In this document: positions 9,008 to 19,218 of the stretch, piece by piece | How positions within the stretch are numbered: position 1 is the stretch's first letter | Layout: the number at the start of each line of letters is the position of its first letter | Assembly (NCBI GenBank): GCA_964354795.1 | Contig: CAYHBB010000037.1 | Location: forward strand, 110,197 to 174,196 | Length of the DNA: 64,000 bases | Direction: 5' to 3' | From: an uncultured Planctomycetales bacterium | GTDB taxonomy: Bacteria; Omnitrophota; Gorgyraeia; Gygaellales; Profunditerraquicolaceae | The notes under the pieces: generated by a model | Told to the model about the DNA's origin: nothing | Seen by the model: the letters and a program-made list of their open reading frames with translations, nothing else | Databases searched by the model: none | Position numbers and translations under genes: made by a program

Positions 9008-9835
9008 CTATATTTTTTTATATAAACTCTCTACTATAAAACAAAATCTAGACGGGCAAACTAAGTAAAATAAGGATTCAACGATGTATATTAGAATATC
9101 CAAAAAAATCTTACTTTTCTTTTTTTGAGATAAGATAGAAATTCTGCTCTCCAATTCTGAAGCAGAAGATTCTTTAGAAAAACCAAGAATTCTCTTCAAA
9201 CTATACAGAATCTTACGGAATCCTAATATTGGCCAGAGCTTTTTACCAACACATATAAACCCACGTTCCTTAAGGAATTTATCAATACTACAAAATTCCA
9301 ATTTATGAATATGGTATTGTGACAAGCGATCTTTGTAACCCCACCTCTCAAGAAAGCTAGTTATAGGCGTAGTATTTTCATAGTATAAAAAAAGATACCC
9401 ATTATTTTTTAACCCATTCGAAATCTTTTCAAATGTATTTTCGATTGAAAGCATGTGGTCCAAAGCATTTATCGAAATAATCAAATCGAAATCATCATTT
9501 TCTATTGAAAAATCTTCGAATAGGCAACTAACATAACTAACCTTTGTCGAGCGATTAAATTTACTTGCATAAGAATCATTCAACGGATCAATTGCAACCA
9601 TTTCTTTGCAATCTATAGGTAAAACTTCAAAACTAGAGATAGGGCCCGAACCAATATCTAATAATCTCATTTCCTTTGTTATATTTTTCATTAACTTGCG
9701 AAAAGGAAAGGTATTGATAAACTTCCTATAACAGCTCAAATAATAATCTGCAGTTAACCCTGTATCTAAAGTAGCAGATTTTTCAAGAATCTGAGCATTA
9801 TTCCATTTATCATTTACTTCTCTGTTTATTAACAT
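9008..9835 (-). CDS. SAM-dependent methyltransferase (AT-rich, likely acquired)
   Basis: LLDIGSGPISSF...AIDPLN...FDLIISINALDHM...LKNNGYLFLY. Local GC is clearly lower than in neighbouring genes. Confidence 0.65.
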   Translation of the reverse strand: MLINREVNDKWNNAQILEKSATLDTGLTADYYLSCYRKFINTFPFRKLMKNITKEMRLLDIGSGPISSFEVLPIDCKEMVAIDPLNDSYASKFNRSTKVSYVSCLFEDFSIENDDFDLIISINALDHMLSIENTFEKISNGLKNNGYLFLYYENTTPITSFLERWGYKDRLSQYHIHKLEFCSIDKFLKERGFICVGKKLWPILGFRKILYSLKRILGFSKESSASELESRISILSQKKKSKIFLDILIYIVESLFYLVCPSRFCFIVESLYKKI

Positions 9836-9938
9836 AACATGCTCCTTTTAAAATATAATCGATTAGGCGGTAGAAATGTAAACTGGACATTCCCTACGTG
9901 CCCTGCTATGCCATTCTAGGAGACGGATAAGAAAAAAT

Positions 9939-10637
9939 TTAAATCGTCCCATTTTTTCCTACCCGCATTATTCCCAATTTAAATAATTTTAAATTGGGAC
10001 AATTAACCGATATGCAGAAATCATCAAAAGCGCTATTGTCAGTAATATCATCAGAAACAATCAAGCCGTTTTTATTCACGTAAGTAATTACGGTGTTAAA
10101 CTCAAAAGCCATACTCTCATAACTATGATCGCTATCGTGATAAAAAATATCGATATTCTTTAATTTATCACAAAGTGCAGGAAGCTCTTTTCTTGAATCA
10201 CCCAGTGTCAATTCCCAGCGGACTTTAAGATTATCCGGCACAAGCCAGCCAGCCTGCCTGCCGCCTTTGATCTCCTGCCCTTCCTGATTAGGCAAGTCAA
10301 TAGAATACAATTTGCCTTTTTGGTTAGCCTCCAAAGCATATAGAATAAAGGCCGAAGAGAATCCGTCAGCAACTCCTGTTTCTACCACTGCCCCCGGTTT
10401 AAGCAATCTGCACAAAACATACAACGTAGGAGCGCGCAGTACCATACACATATTAAAATCAAATAGGCCTCGTTTTACCCCTGCCTTTTCGACAATCTCT
10501 TTAATAAATTCGGAATTATTTATTTCAGTATATACCTTATCAACCTCTTCTTTCTTCAGATTTAATAATTTGGCAATCCGTTGCGAATAAGATACCCTAG
10601 CATTTAAATAAGAGAATAATCTTTTTATAATCTTCAT
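9939..10637 (-). CDS. Class I SAM-dependent methyltransferase, CmcI/TylF (macrocin-O-MT) family
   Basis: VVETGVADGFSSAFILYAL and ...YSIDL...IDIFYHDSDHSYE. AT-rich. Confidence 0.7.
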   Translation of the reverse strand: MKIIKRLFSYLNARVSYSQRIAKLLNLKKEEVDKVYTEINNSEFIKEIVEKAGVKRGLFDFNMCMVLRAPTLYVLCRLLKPGAVVETGVADGFSSAFILYALEANQKGKLYSIDLPNQEGQEIKGGRQAGWLVPDNLKVRWELTLGDSRKELPALCDKLKNIDIFYHDSDHSYESMAFEFNTVITYVNKNGLIVSDDITDNSAFDDFCISVNCPNLKLFKLGIMRVGKNGTI

Positions 10638-10638
10638 T

Positions 10639-11304
10639 CTAGGTTTTCTGCAGTTTCAAAAGATGCTGCCCCATCTTGAGTTCTTTTTTCAGAATTATAT
10701 AATGGCCTCTGATCAACCTCTCAATTGTCGCATCATCATAACCCCTGAAGTCTGCGACAATATTATTTTTAAGCTCAAATTCTCTCGCCCATTCTTTTGA
10801 CGGTATAGTTAACAGCAATATTCCATGCGGTTTGGTTATCCTGTGTATTTCAGCAATAGCTTTAAGGTCTCCATCATCATGGATAGGGGCATCATATTCT
10901 CCCGTACCCACATGCTCTATAAAAGAAACAGCGATAACACAATCAAAATAATTACTCTCAAAAGGGGTATGCAGGATATCGCCTTTGTTAAATTGAGCGT
11001 TTTTGGGCAGCCTCTCAACACAAGGCGTAAAATCCAGACCAAACGTTTCATATCCGCGGTGGGCAAGCTCATGCATCAGCAGGCTGCGGGCGCAACCCGC
11101 GTCTAACACCCGGGCAGGAGGCTTGATAAGGTTACCTAAAACAAAATCCCACTCTTTACCTCTTGAATAATCAGAATAGCCTAAAGAAGGTAAAACTAAA
11201 TACGCCAGACGAGTTAAAGAAAATCTCTGCCAACCAAACTTTCCACTTTTGACATTCTTAAGGCGGCTACCGAAAAAATTCGCAATTTTATCTTTTACTT
11301 GCAT
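10639..11304 (-). CDS. SAM-dependent methyltransferase-like protein (paralog of 8223-8933)
   Basis: VLDAGCARSLLMHELAHRGYETFGLDF...VIAVSFIEHVG...ITKPHGILLLTIPSKE. Confidence 0.65.
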   Translation of the reverse strand: MQVKDKIANFFGSRLKNVKSGKFGWQRFSLTRLAYLVLPSLGYSDYSRGKEWDFVLGNLIKPPARVLDAGCARSLLMHELAHRGYETFGLDFTPCVERLPKNAQFNKGDILHTPFESNYFDCVIAVSFIEHVGTGEYDAPIHDDGDLKAIAEIHRITKPHGILLLTIPSKEWAREFELKNNIVADFRGYDDATIERLIRGHYIILKKELKMGQHLLKLQKT

Positions 11305-12098
11305 AATTTATCTCCCGTTTTTTTTCCTCTGATGATAATAAATGACCCGAAACGATTCATCAAGAATTTACTTTTATGGAGTAAAGCATGCACATATTTT
11401 AATACCGGGTGCCTCTGCGCGCCTCCGAAAGTAGTCATGGATAAATCCAACCCCTTAAAATTGCTGAAAATATCACGGATCTCTTTCTTGGAATACATCC
11501 TTGATAAAGGTGTATTATCGTACCGGCTGGTAAATTTATCCTGGCTGTAAAGCCCGAATAGCCTCTTATAGCCGTGTAACAGCCAAAGTGCATAATAGGC
11601 GTAGCCTTTATGGTAAAGCATGATCACACATTTACCGTTAGGCTTTAAAACCCGGTAAGCCTCATTAATAGCTTTTTGAGTATCAGGAGTATGATGCAAA
11701 ACTCCGAATGAATAGACAATATCAAAGGAGTTATCTTTAAAGGGAAGACGCTCAGCATCGGCATTGACCCCTTTCCCTTTAAGCTGCAGAATCTGCATCC
11801 CCTTCAGAGTAAATGCCACGTTTCTGTGTGACAGATCGAGGCTGATAATATCTGAGCCGTGCTTTGAGATATACCGGCTATCCGTACCCATACCGCAGCC
11901 TATTTCCAGGACCCGCCTTCCCTCTTTGACAAAAGAATCAATGAGCGCGGGAATATAAGAATCGTACTTATAGCGGTGAGCGTCTGTTTCAGTGTAAAAT
12001 TCTTTCTGCTCCGGAGTATATTTCTGCGCAATCAGATCTAGCCCCGGGACATTCTGCGTCCAATAATATTGTATAGTTTTCTTTAATTTTTCTGTCAT
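11295..12098 (-). CDS. Class I SAM-dependent methyltransferase
   Basis: VLEIGCGMGTDSRYI...SLDLS...FDIVYSFGVLHHTPD...LKPNGKCVIMLYH. Confidence 0.8.
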   Translation of the reverse strand: MTEKLKKTIQYYWTQNVPGLDLIAQKYTPEQKEFYTETDAHRYKYDSYIPALIDSFVKEGRRVLEIGCGMGTDSRYISKHGSDIISLDLSHRNVAFTLKGMQILQLKGKGVNADAERLPFKDNSFDIVYSFGVLHHTPDTQKAINEAYRVLKPNGKCVIMLYHKGYAYYALWLLHGYKRLFGLYSQDKFTSRYDNTPLSRMYSKKEIRDIFSNFKGLDLSMTTFGGAQRHPVLKYVHALLHKSKFLMNRFGSFIIIRGKKTGDKLCK

Positions 12099-13579
12099 CT
12101 TGCCATTTCTGATTTTCTGCTCAATTCTCTCCTGAAGTCTTTCAACACTTTAAGCGTTAGTTTATCATATACCTTTTCAATAAAAATACCCTCTAACGGG
12201 AAATAGAAAAACCTCATCTTTATTCTAAGCTGAGTCAAATGATACAGGAATAGAATAGCCATGTTCCTTAAGGATAATGTTTGGGGTTTCTGGGAATACA
12301 TACTTGCCGGAGATAAGACATAAAGTGCGCGGTTGACCTCTTTTGGAATGCGATAAAACTGCGTCTTCTGATAAGTCACGTTGCACCAATCATACGAGTT
12401 ATCGGGTAAAGAATCCTTAATACTGTTTAGAATAGGCATTTTGGGATACGGAATAAAACGAAATATCCTTGTTGAAGCCTGAGGGTAAATACCCTTGATC
12501 CAACGTACTAAATTCAATGTCTCGTAGAAATCTTCTTTTGTTTCCCCTGGCAATCCTGCCATAAAACTAAAATCACATTGGATATTTTGTTTCTTAAGCC
12601 TAATGGCCGTTTCTCTAACCTGCTCTACCTTGATACCTTTATTTAGAGTATTGAGGATGCGCTGAGACCCAGACTCTGCGCCTATGCTTACCCAAACAAG
12701 CCCGCTTTCTGTAAGCTTCTCAATAACCTCATAGTCTAATCGAGAAAAAGTATCCGCCCTACAAAAACCGGACCAGGAAAAATGGATATTCCTTTCTCTC
12801 AGCTTTGTAAAAATATTGACTAATCTATGCGCGTCCACAAAAAGATTGTCATCCCAGAAAAGAATTGATTTAAATTTGTATTTATCATAGGCTTCGCTGA
12901 TTTCAGCAATTATCTTACCCTCTGACTTATCGTGCCAGCGCCTATTATAAATCTCAGAGGCTACGCAATAAGAGCAATTAAAAGGACAACCTCTGCTGGT
13001 AAAATAACTGAATTCCTCGTTTAATAGCTTCGGATAATCTTTCTCTGCGACCGAATAATCTAATTGAGGGAATTCGTCAATATTAAAATTTGACTCTGTC
13101 CGATTTTGCCTGATTGTGCCGTTTTCCTTATATATTAGGCCTGGCACTGAATTAAGGGGCAAATAATCATCGAGCGACTTAACCAACATCAGCAAACTTT
13201 TCTCCCCTACCCCTTTTATCACAAAATCAGCAAGCTGCCTCTTTATCAAATCATCGCCCATCAGGGACGCATGCGGCCCTCCCCAGACTATGGGTAGATC
13301 AGGTTTAATCTTTCTTATGGCCTCCGCTACCGATATCGCATAACTTAAATAAGGCCCGGACATGCTGGATATGCCCACCAAATCAACATTATTTAATTCA
13401 TTTAATATTTGATCTATTGCCCCCGGTAAAGCGGTAGAGACAACCTTGCACTGAATACCCTGCTGCTTCAGATAGCTCGATAAAGCCATAGTGCCGAATG
13501 GAAGGCAGCCGGGAGAAATATTATTCCCAAGCGCAGGCGCTATGGCACCCACTAATAGGCATTTTCTAGTGTTAGACAT
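12095..13579 (-). CDS. Cobalamin(B12)-binding radical SAM protein (class B)
   Basis: N-terminal B12-binding-like Rossmann region (VDLVGISSMS...IVWGGPHAS), then RGCPFNCSYC (CxxxCxxC). 494 aa. Confidence 0.8.
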   Translation of the reverse strand: MSNTRKCLLVGAIAPALGNNISPGCLPFGTMALSSYLKQQGIQCKVVSTALPGAIDQILNELNNVDLVGISSMSGPYLSYAISVAEAIRKIKPDLPIVWGGPHASLMGDDLIKRQLADFVIKGVGEKSLLMLVKSLDDYLPLNSVPGLIYKENGTIRQNRTESNFNIDEFPQLDYSVAEKDYPKLLNEEFSYFTSRGCPFNCSYCVASEIYNRRWHDKSEGKIIAEISEAYDKYKFKSILFWDDNLFVDAHRLVNIFTKLRERNIHFSWSGFCRADTFSRLDYEVIEKLTESGLVWVSIGAESGSQRILNTLNKGIKVEQVRETAIRLKKQNIQCDFSFMAGLPGETKEDFYETLNLVRWIKGIYPQASTRIFRFIPYPKMPILNSIKDSLPDNSYDWCNVTYQKTQFYRIPKEVNRALYVLSPASMYSQKPQTLSLRNMAILFLYHLTQLRIKMRFFYFPLEGIFIEKVYDKLTLKVLKDFRRELSRKSEMAR

Positions 13580-14218
13580 TTATTTCTTGCAAGCAATAAA
13601 GATAAACTGGAACGCGAACAAATTAGGCAATATCTTGATAATAGACCCGAAACCCGTAGGTTCAATCTTTTTTATCTGATATCCGCTTGATTCAAGGAGC
13701 GCTTTTGCTGTTTTTTTAGTAAATAAACGCAGGTGGCCTTTACTCAAGCCCCCACCTTCGGCATAATTAAACTGCCCAAAAAGTAACTGCAACCTGTGCT
13801 CAATCCTTGCTATATTGGGGATAGAAACGATCAACTCGCCGTTTTCCGCTAGGTATGGCCTTAATTTATCCAAGGCAATATCCGGCCTGGCAAGATGCTC
13901 AAGCACATCAAGGCAAAGGATATAATCAAAATACCCCTGGGGAAAAGGTAACACTTCGAGCCTGTCCAGGTCTGCCTCGAATGCTTTTACGCAATGGTTC
14001 TTAGCAAGCTGGCAAGCAGCGGGGTCTTTTTCGATTCCCGAAACAGAGCAATTTTTTTTATTTAACTCACGCGCCATATGCCCCTTGGCGCAACCGACAT
14101 CCAGGACTTTTGAATCAGGCTTGATAAGCTGCAAAGCCTTATAAGTAGGACTGTGCTTCCAGGGGTTATATTCCTGCACCCCCGCTACATCCAGGTCAAA
14201 ATAAAGTTTTTCCGCCAA
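13580..14218 (-). CDS. Class I SAM-dependent methyltransferase
   Basis: VLDVGCAKGHMARELNK...GIEKD...FDYILCLDVLEHL. Confidence 0.8.
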   Translation of the reverse strand: MAEKLYFDLDVAGVQEYNPWKHSPTYKALQLIKPDSKVLDVGCAKGHMARELNKKNCSVSGIEKDPAACQLAKNHCVKAFEADLDRLEVLPFPQGYFDYILCLDVLEHLARPDIALDKLRPYLAENGELIVSIPNIARIEHRLQLLFGQFNYAEGGGLSKGHLRLFTKKTAKALLESSGYQIKKIEPTGFGSIIKILPNLFAFQFIFIACKK

Positions 14219-14219
14219 T

Positions 14220-15413
14220 TTAGCTCTCCATGCTTAAAGAAACAACTGAATCAAATATTTTCTCAGTAGTGTACTGTTTAGCAAACTCTGAAGCAGCTTG
14301 CTTGTATTTCTTTAATTTACCATCATCTTTCAAGATAGAAATGACCGCATCGCGAAGGTCATTACGGTCATATCTTATCACAAGACCCGCACCCTTCTCC
14401 TGTATTTCCCAGGCAGCCGGCATGCCATTGGTCATCACGATAGGAATGCCGCAGAAAGCATATAATTTAGGCTTGCCTGTATCGGCGTAAAGCACATTAT
14501 CTTCTTCGGAACAGGTATATGGCGCGACTCCCAAAGCGCATTTTGAGAGGATATCCAGCACCTGTGACTCATCTTTAATAAAACCGTGAAAGGTAAAATA
14601 ATCCTCCAATCCTGCCTGTTTTACCTCTGCTTTGAGATGAACCTCATAAGGGCCTGTGCCGATCACTCTCACGCGCGCCTTAGGAAACTGCTTGATGATC
14701 TCAGGCATCACCCCTATGAGGAGCTGTAACCCCTGGTTCTGAGAAAGGCTGCCGACAAAACCAATAGTATAACGCTCGATATTCTCAAGCGGGACAAATC
14801 TCTTTATACGCGCATCATAAGTCAATGGCGCTGTGAAATGCCTGTATTTATCCAAATTTACACCTGAAAAATTCTCCCTGCCCTGCGCAATACGCGGTGA
14901 GATATGCCAAGTCACATCTGCATACTTAACGCACAATTTGTCAAGAAACCTGAAAGAAGCGATTATAAGAGTAGCAAAAGACGATCTTGATGGCTTAGGA
15001 TAATAATCAATACTATAATAAATAAGCTTTTTGGTTACTCCCAGCTTCTTTAAGATCACACCTACAAATGTCGAGAAGCAGGCGACGCCTATAAAATAAT
15101 CAAATTTTTTCTGTAAACGCAGAGCAGCGTAGAATATCACCAAAAAATACATAAAGAACGATATGGCAATAAGCGGCTGCTTATACCAGGTCATCCTACC
15201 TACCTGAAAACTTGCTAAACCAAACTCCCTACACTTGCGGCCGCGCTCATACAGCGTACACCGCGAGATATTACACGAAGTATAAGCACTGGTGATGCCG
15301 ATTACTCCGAGCGTATTTACCCTATCCTTAAAATATTCCTCCAGCGTCTCTGTGCGGCTTGAGATCAACTGACCGGAAAGCAGAATATTTAAATCGGATA
15401 AAGCGCGTTTCAT
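14220..15413 (-). CDS. Glycosyltransferase family 4 (GT-B fold); start uncertain
   Basis: GT4-type C-terminal domain (...GVAPY...EEDNVLYADTGKPKLYAFCGIPIVMTNG...). The N-terminal 70 aa are atypical and Cys-rich, so the true start may be internal (MTWYKQ..., ~15194). Confidence 0.6.
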   Translation of the reverse strand: MKRALSDLNILLSGQLISSRTETLEEYFKDRVNTLGVIGITSAYTSCNISRCTLYERGRKCREFGLASFQVGRMTWYKQPLIAISFFMYFLVIFYAALRLQKKFDYFIGVACFSTFVGVILKKLGVTKKLIYYSIDYYPKPSRSSFATLIIASFRFLDKLCVKYADVTWHISPRIAQGRENFSGVNLDKYRHFTAPLTYDARIKRFVPLENIERYTIGFVGSLSQNQGLQLLIGVMPEIIKQFPKARVRVIGTGPYEVHLKAEVKQAGLEDYFTFHGFIKDESQVLDILSKCALGVAPYTCSEEDNVLYADTGKPKLYAFCGIPIVMTNGMPAAWEIQEKGAGLVIRYDRNDLRDAVISILKDDGKLKKYKQAASEFAKQYTTEKIFDSVVSLSMES

Positions 15414-15414
15414 A

Positions 15415-16377
15415 CTATCTCTTATTTACCTGCTCAGAAATCCACTCGTAAGTTTCTGCTAACCCCTCTTCAAGAGTGACCTGCGGCTCCCATTTAAGCA
15501 CCTGGCGCAATTTAGTATTATCACTATTCCTGCCGCGCACGCCTTGAGGCTTAGTCAGGTCATAACGCTTAGTGATCTTCTTTCCGGAGATCTTGGCCAC
15601 GATATCCACCAGCTCATTAATAGAAACCAGATCATCCCTGCCTAAATTAAGCGGCTCATGAAAATCCGAATGCATCAGGCGATACAAACCCTCAACGCAG
15701 TCATCGATAAAACAATACGAACGAGTCTGCAAACCGTCCCCCCACACCTCGATCTCATCCACATCCTTGGCCAGCGCCACCTTTCTGCAAATCGCTGCCG
15801 GAGACTTCTCTCTTCCTCCGTCATATGTACCAAGCGGGCCATAAATATTATGGAACCTTACAGTATATGTCTTAAGGCCGTAATCTTCCATGTAATGCCG
15901 GCAGGCGCGCTCAGTGTAAAGCTTTTCCCAGCCATAACCATCTTCAGCATCCGCCGGATAAGCATCTTCTTCTTTTAGGGCGGTAACATCGGTAGATTTC
16001 TGCTTATATCCGGGATAAACACATGCTGATGAAGTATAAAGGAATTTGTTGACTTTCTCCTGCTTCGCTGCTTCCAGCATATAAAGGCTGATCAGAGTAT
16101 TATCATAGACTATCTCAGCCTTATGCGTCTCAATAAAACCTATCCCGCCCATATTCGCGGCTAAATTATAGACCTCACTGACTCCCTTAACCGCCTTCTG
16201 GCAATTTTTCAAATACCTCAAATCAAGTAGCTTAAAATCATCAGCAGTAGTCTTTTCGTATTCCGGCTTCTTGATGTCCACACCGCGTACCCAATACCCT
16301 TTATTCTGCAGGAACTTAACCAGATGATGCCCGATAAATCCGCCTGCTCCGGTTATCAAAACTTTTGTTTTTGCCAT
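15415..16377 (-). CDS. NAD-dependent epimerase resembling GDP-mannose 3,5-epimerase (GME)
   Basis: VLITGAGGFIGHHL, YTSSACVYP, FHNIYGPLGTYDGGREKSPAAICRKV, WGDGLQTRSYCFIDDCVEG and GVRGRNSDN closely follow the plant/bacterial GME signature blocks, as judged from memory of the GME sequence. Confidence 0.6.
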   Translation of the reverse strand: MAKTKVLITGAGGFIGHHLVKFLQNKGYWVRGVDIKKPEYEKTTADDFKLLDLRYLKNCQKAVKGVSEVYNLAANMGGIGFIETHKAEIVYDNTLISLYMLEAAKQEKVNKFLYTSSACVYPGYKQKSTDVTALKEEDAYPADAEDGYGWEKLYTERACRHYMEDYGLKTYTVRFHNIYGPLGTYDGGREKSPAAICRKVALAKDVDEIEVWGDGLQTRSYCFIDDCVEGLYRLMHSDFHEPLNLGRDDLVSINELVDIVAKISGKKITKRYDLTKPQGVRGRNSDNTKLRQVLKWEPQVTLEEGLAETYEWISEQVNKR

Positions 16378-16473
16378 AATTACTCCTTCCGCAGAAAGCG
16401 GAACACCAGCCTATCCGCCCCAGAAGGGGCGTACTTGGCAATCCTTTATGCCAAGGTGCTTTAAGGCTGGGTG

Positions 16474-17799
16474 TTACAATCCTTCGCCAAGATGTTTAAT
16501 AGTAATCCCTTTAACGCTTTCCAACAATCTCCAACAATCAAGAAAAACCGTTTTTTTGCTTAGCTTCCTGAATTCTATTCTTTTAAACTCCTGCCATGGC
16601 ACAGCGATGATCGCTAAATCAGCTGCGCTTACACAATCAGTAGCATTCTTGGCGTAACGCACTGTATCTCCCAAGACGCCGCGCACATTTTCTAAAGCCT
16701 GAGGATCATAAACGCTTACCTTATAGCATTCGCTGACTAAAACCTGCGCGATACTCAATGCCTGAGAATCCTCAATAATCGGCGTATTGGGCTTATAGGA
16801 TAAACCTAAAACTGCGACTTTTATCTTATTTTTAGCGATGCGCGGTCTGCCTAAGACTTCATGCACACGCTCGACGATCCTGGTCGCCTGGTCGCGGTTG
16901 ACCTCATCCACCATTTCCGCAAGCTTGGCTTTTGTCTCAAGCCTCCTGGCGAAAGCGGCAAAAGCCACATTGTCGCGGGGAAAACACGGGCCTCCATAAC
17001 CTAATCCCGGACGGATATATTTTGCGCCAATTCGCGTATCCAGGCCAAGGGCTGCGGTGATCACATTGGCATCAGCGCCCTTCATCTTCTCGCAGATCGC
17101 GGCAATAGAATTAGCAAAGGTGATCTTTGTAGTTACATAGCAATTTAGCGATATCTTGGTGATTTCGGCGTTCAAAGGCGACATGCGGGCAAAACGGGGC
17201 TGATTATCGCAGGTCTTCTTGTAAATCTCTTCAAGCATCAATCCGTCTCTCGCGCTCATCTCGCCAATCAAAAGAAAATCCGGATTAAGAAAATCATGGA
17301 TCACGCTTCCTAAAGCGATAAACTCCGGATTGTAGACCACCCCGAAATCCTTGCCACAGGCTTTGCCGGAAGCCTTCTCCAAAATAAATTTAGCTACAGT
17401 CTCCACTGTCCCAGGCATGACCGTAGAAGTCACTACAACCAAGTGATACCCTTTTTTATTTTTTAAAGCCTCACCTATTTTATGTAAAGATTTCTCGAGA
17501 TAATCATTGGAGAAACTTCCATCAGCTAGACTGGGTGTGGCTACCACGATAAAAGTAATATCGCTATTCCTGATCGCCTCGTTATAATCCACGGTGGCAA
17601 ACAGATTCTTACGCACCACTTTAAGCAAGTCGCTCAAACCTGTCTCATCTATTGGAGATATACCTTTATTTATCTTATTTACTTTTTCGATATCCACATC
17701 CACACCAATTACTCTGTAGCCTTTTGAGGCAAAACACGCTGCCGTACATAAACCTAGCTTACCTAAACCTATGACTGAAAGTGAGTTGATTTCTTTCAT
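16474..17799 (-). CDS. Nucleotide-sugar dehydrogenase (UDP-glucose/GDP-mannose dehydrogenase family)
   Basis: N-terminal NAD fold IGLGKLGLCTAACFASKGYRVIGVD, central GGPCFPRD-like catalytic Cys region, and C-terminal UDP-binding domain. 441 aa. Confidence 0.8.
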   Translation of the reverse strand: MKEINSLSVIGLGKLGLCTAACFASKGYRVIGVDVDIEKVNKINKGISPIDETGLSDLLKVVRKNLFATVDYNEAIRNSDITFIVVATPSLADGSFSNDYLEKSLHKIGEALKNKKGYHLVVVTSTVMPGTVETVAKFILEKASGKACGKDFGVVYNPEFIALGSVIHDFLNPDFLLIGEMSARDGLMLEEIYKKTCDNQPRFARMSPLNAEITKISLNCYVTTKITFANSIAAICEKMKGADANVITAALGLDTRIGAKYIRPGLGYGGPCFPRDNVAFAAFARRLETKAKLAEMVDEVNRDQATRIVERVHEVLGRPRIAKNKIKVAVLGLSYKPNTPIIEDSQALSIAQVLVSECYKVSVYDPQALENVRGVLGDTVRYAKNATDCVSAADLAIIAVPWQEFKRIEFRKLSKKTVFLDCWRLLESVKGITIKHLGEGL

Positions 17800-17812
17800 C
17801 CGAAAAACCCCC

Positions 17813-19207
17813 TTATCTTCGCCACTTTTTTGGTAACATCCAATCCGGGAAGAATACCTTTATGAATCTCACTGCAGCCCAGAGCCATCTTCCCGTAAAA
17901 ATAAAGTTCATTATAATTCTTGGCCTGAAATAAAACCTTTTAATTGCAAACTTACGCATATCATCTAGTTCCTGCGTTGTCATGCCCTCTGGCGCATACA
18001 AGACGCGATCCGTGCCTAATTGCGTAAAATCAAAATCTTTAGGAAATTCACCCTTTGCCAAAAGTTCATCGACAATCGGAGACCCCGGCAAAGGTATAAA
18101 CGGAGTAAAAGACGCTCCCCAGAGATGCTTGGTCCTTACCGCCCAATCGATGGTCTGAAACATCTCATCCCTTGTTTCTCCGGGATAGCCTAAAATGAAG
18201 TTGCCATCCGGCCTGAAGCCATATTTATTCAATAACGCTAACCCGCAAGTCAGCTCTTCCTGTGAAAGCTGCTTATCCATAAGCTCGCGCACCCGGGGTA
18301 CCGCGCTTTCTATTCCTACAGCAAAGAACTTTCCGAACCCGGCCTTCTTCATCAAGCCGAGCATCTCCTTATCCATTGTATTAAGCCTGATCCCCCGCGC
18401 GGCCTCAAATTTAAAACGCGCTTTCTTCTCTATCATAAATCGGCAGAAGTCTTTTACATACCCTATATTTATCGGGAAACCTTCGTCCCCAAGGTGAAAC
18501 CTCTCTATACCGTATTCTTTGTTTAAGAAAGATATCTCCTGCCAGACGTCTTCGATCTTCCTGTGCCTAAGTTTCCTGCCAAGCTTCACGCAGAATTTAC
18601 AGCCAAAAGGGCATCCCCTGCTTGCATAAATAGCTGTAGCTTTATCTCCGATTACCGCACACTTAAAATATTTTCTCGGGTCGATCAGGTCCCAGGCAGG
18701 AAAACCGAAATCCTCAAGATCCTTGTGCTCCACGATTTCATTACACCTGACAATCCCATCTTCCCTCCAGATTAACCCAGGCACAGCGCTGATCTTGATC
18801 TGGCCTTTCAACGCCTTATCAAACTGTTCTAAAGGAATTTCTGCTTCTCCCCGGAAAGCAAAATCCGCATCGTGTAAATATTGCAGCGTATGCTCCGGGA
18901 CAGCGGTGGGATGCGGCCCTCCTACGATAGTGATAATTTTCGGGTTATTTCTTTTTACGCGCTCCAGGATATCAAAGGTATTCAATAAAGCAGAAGAGAA
19001 TACCGTAATGCCTACAATATCCGGGCCTGTCCGGCTTACATGATCGACCACGTCTTGAACGCTCCAGCCGTTTATGATACTGTCCTGGATATCCACGGCA
19101 TGCCCGAGCTTACGCAAAACGGTAGCTACATACCCCAACCCTATAGGAGGATGCCCCTGCAGATAATTCATCCCCGCCTTAGGGGGCGCGATAAGAGTAA
19201 TCTTCAT
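17813..19207 (-). CDS. Cobalamin(B12)-binding radical SAM protein (class B)
   Basis: B12-binding-like N-domain (PDIVGITVFSS...IVGGPHPT) followed by SRGCPFGCKFC. 464 aa. Confidence 0.8.
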   Translation of the reverse strand: MKITLIAPPKAGMNYLQGHPPIGLGYVATVLRKLGHAVDIQDSIINGWSVQDVVDHVSRTGPDIVGITVFSSALLNTFDILERVKRNNPKIITIVGGPHPTAVPEHTLQYLHDADFAFRGEAEIPLEQFDKALKGQIKISAVPGLIWREDGIVRCNEIVEHKDLEDFGFPAWDLIDPRKYFKCAVIGDKATAIYASRGCPFGCKFCVKLGRKLRHRKIEDVWQEISFLNKEYGIERFHLGDEGFPINIGYVKDFCRFMIEKKARFKFEAARGIRLNTMDKEMLGLMKKAGFGKFFAVGIESAVPRVRELMDKQLSQEELTCGLALLNKYGFRPDGNFILGYPGETRDEMFQTIDWAVRTKHLWGASFTPFIPLPGSPIVDELLAKGEFPKDFDFTQLGTDRVLYAPEGMTTQELDDMRKFAIKRFYFRPRIIMNFIFTGRWLWAAVRFIKVFFPDWMLPKKWRR

Positions 19208-19218
19208 ATTTAAATATT

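Noticed and set aside
9985-10011. Perfect 11-bp palindrome CCCAATTTAAA/TTTAAATTGGG
   Set aside because: It lies inside the methyltransferase coding sequence in an AT-rich stretch. It encodes ordinary residues and is probably fortuitous.
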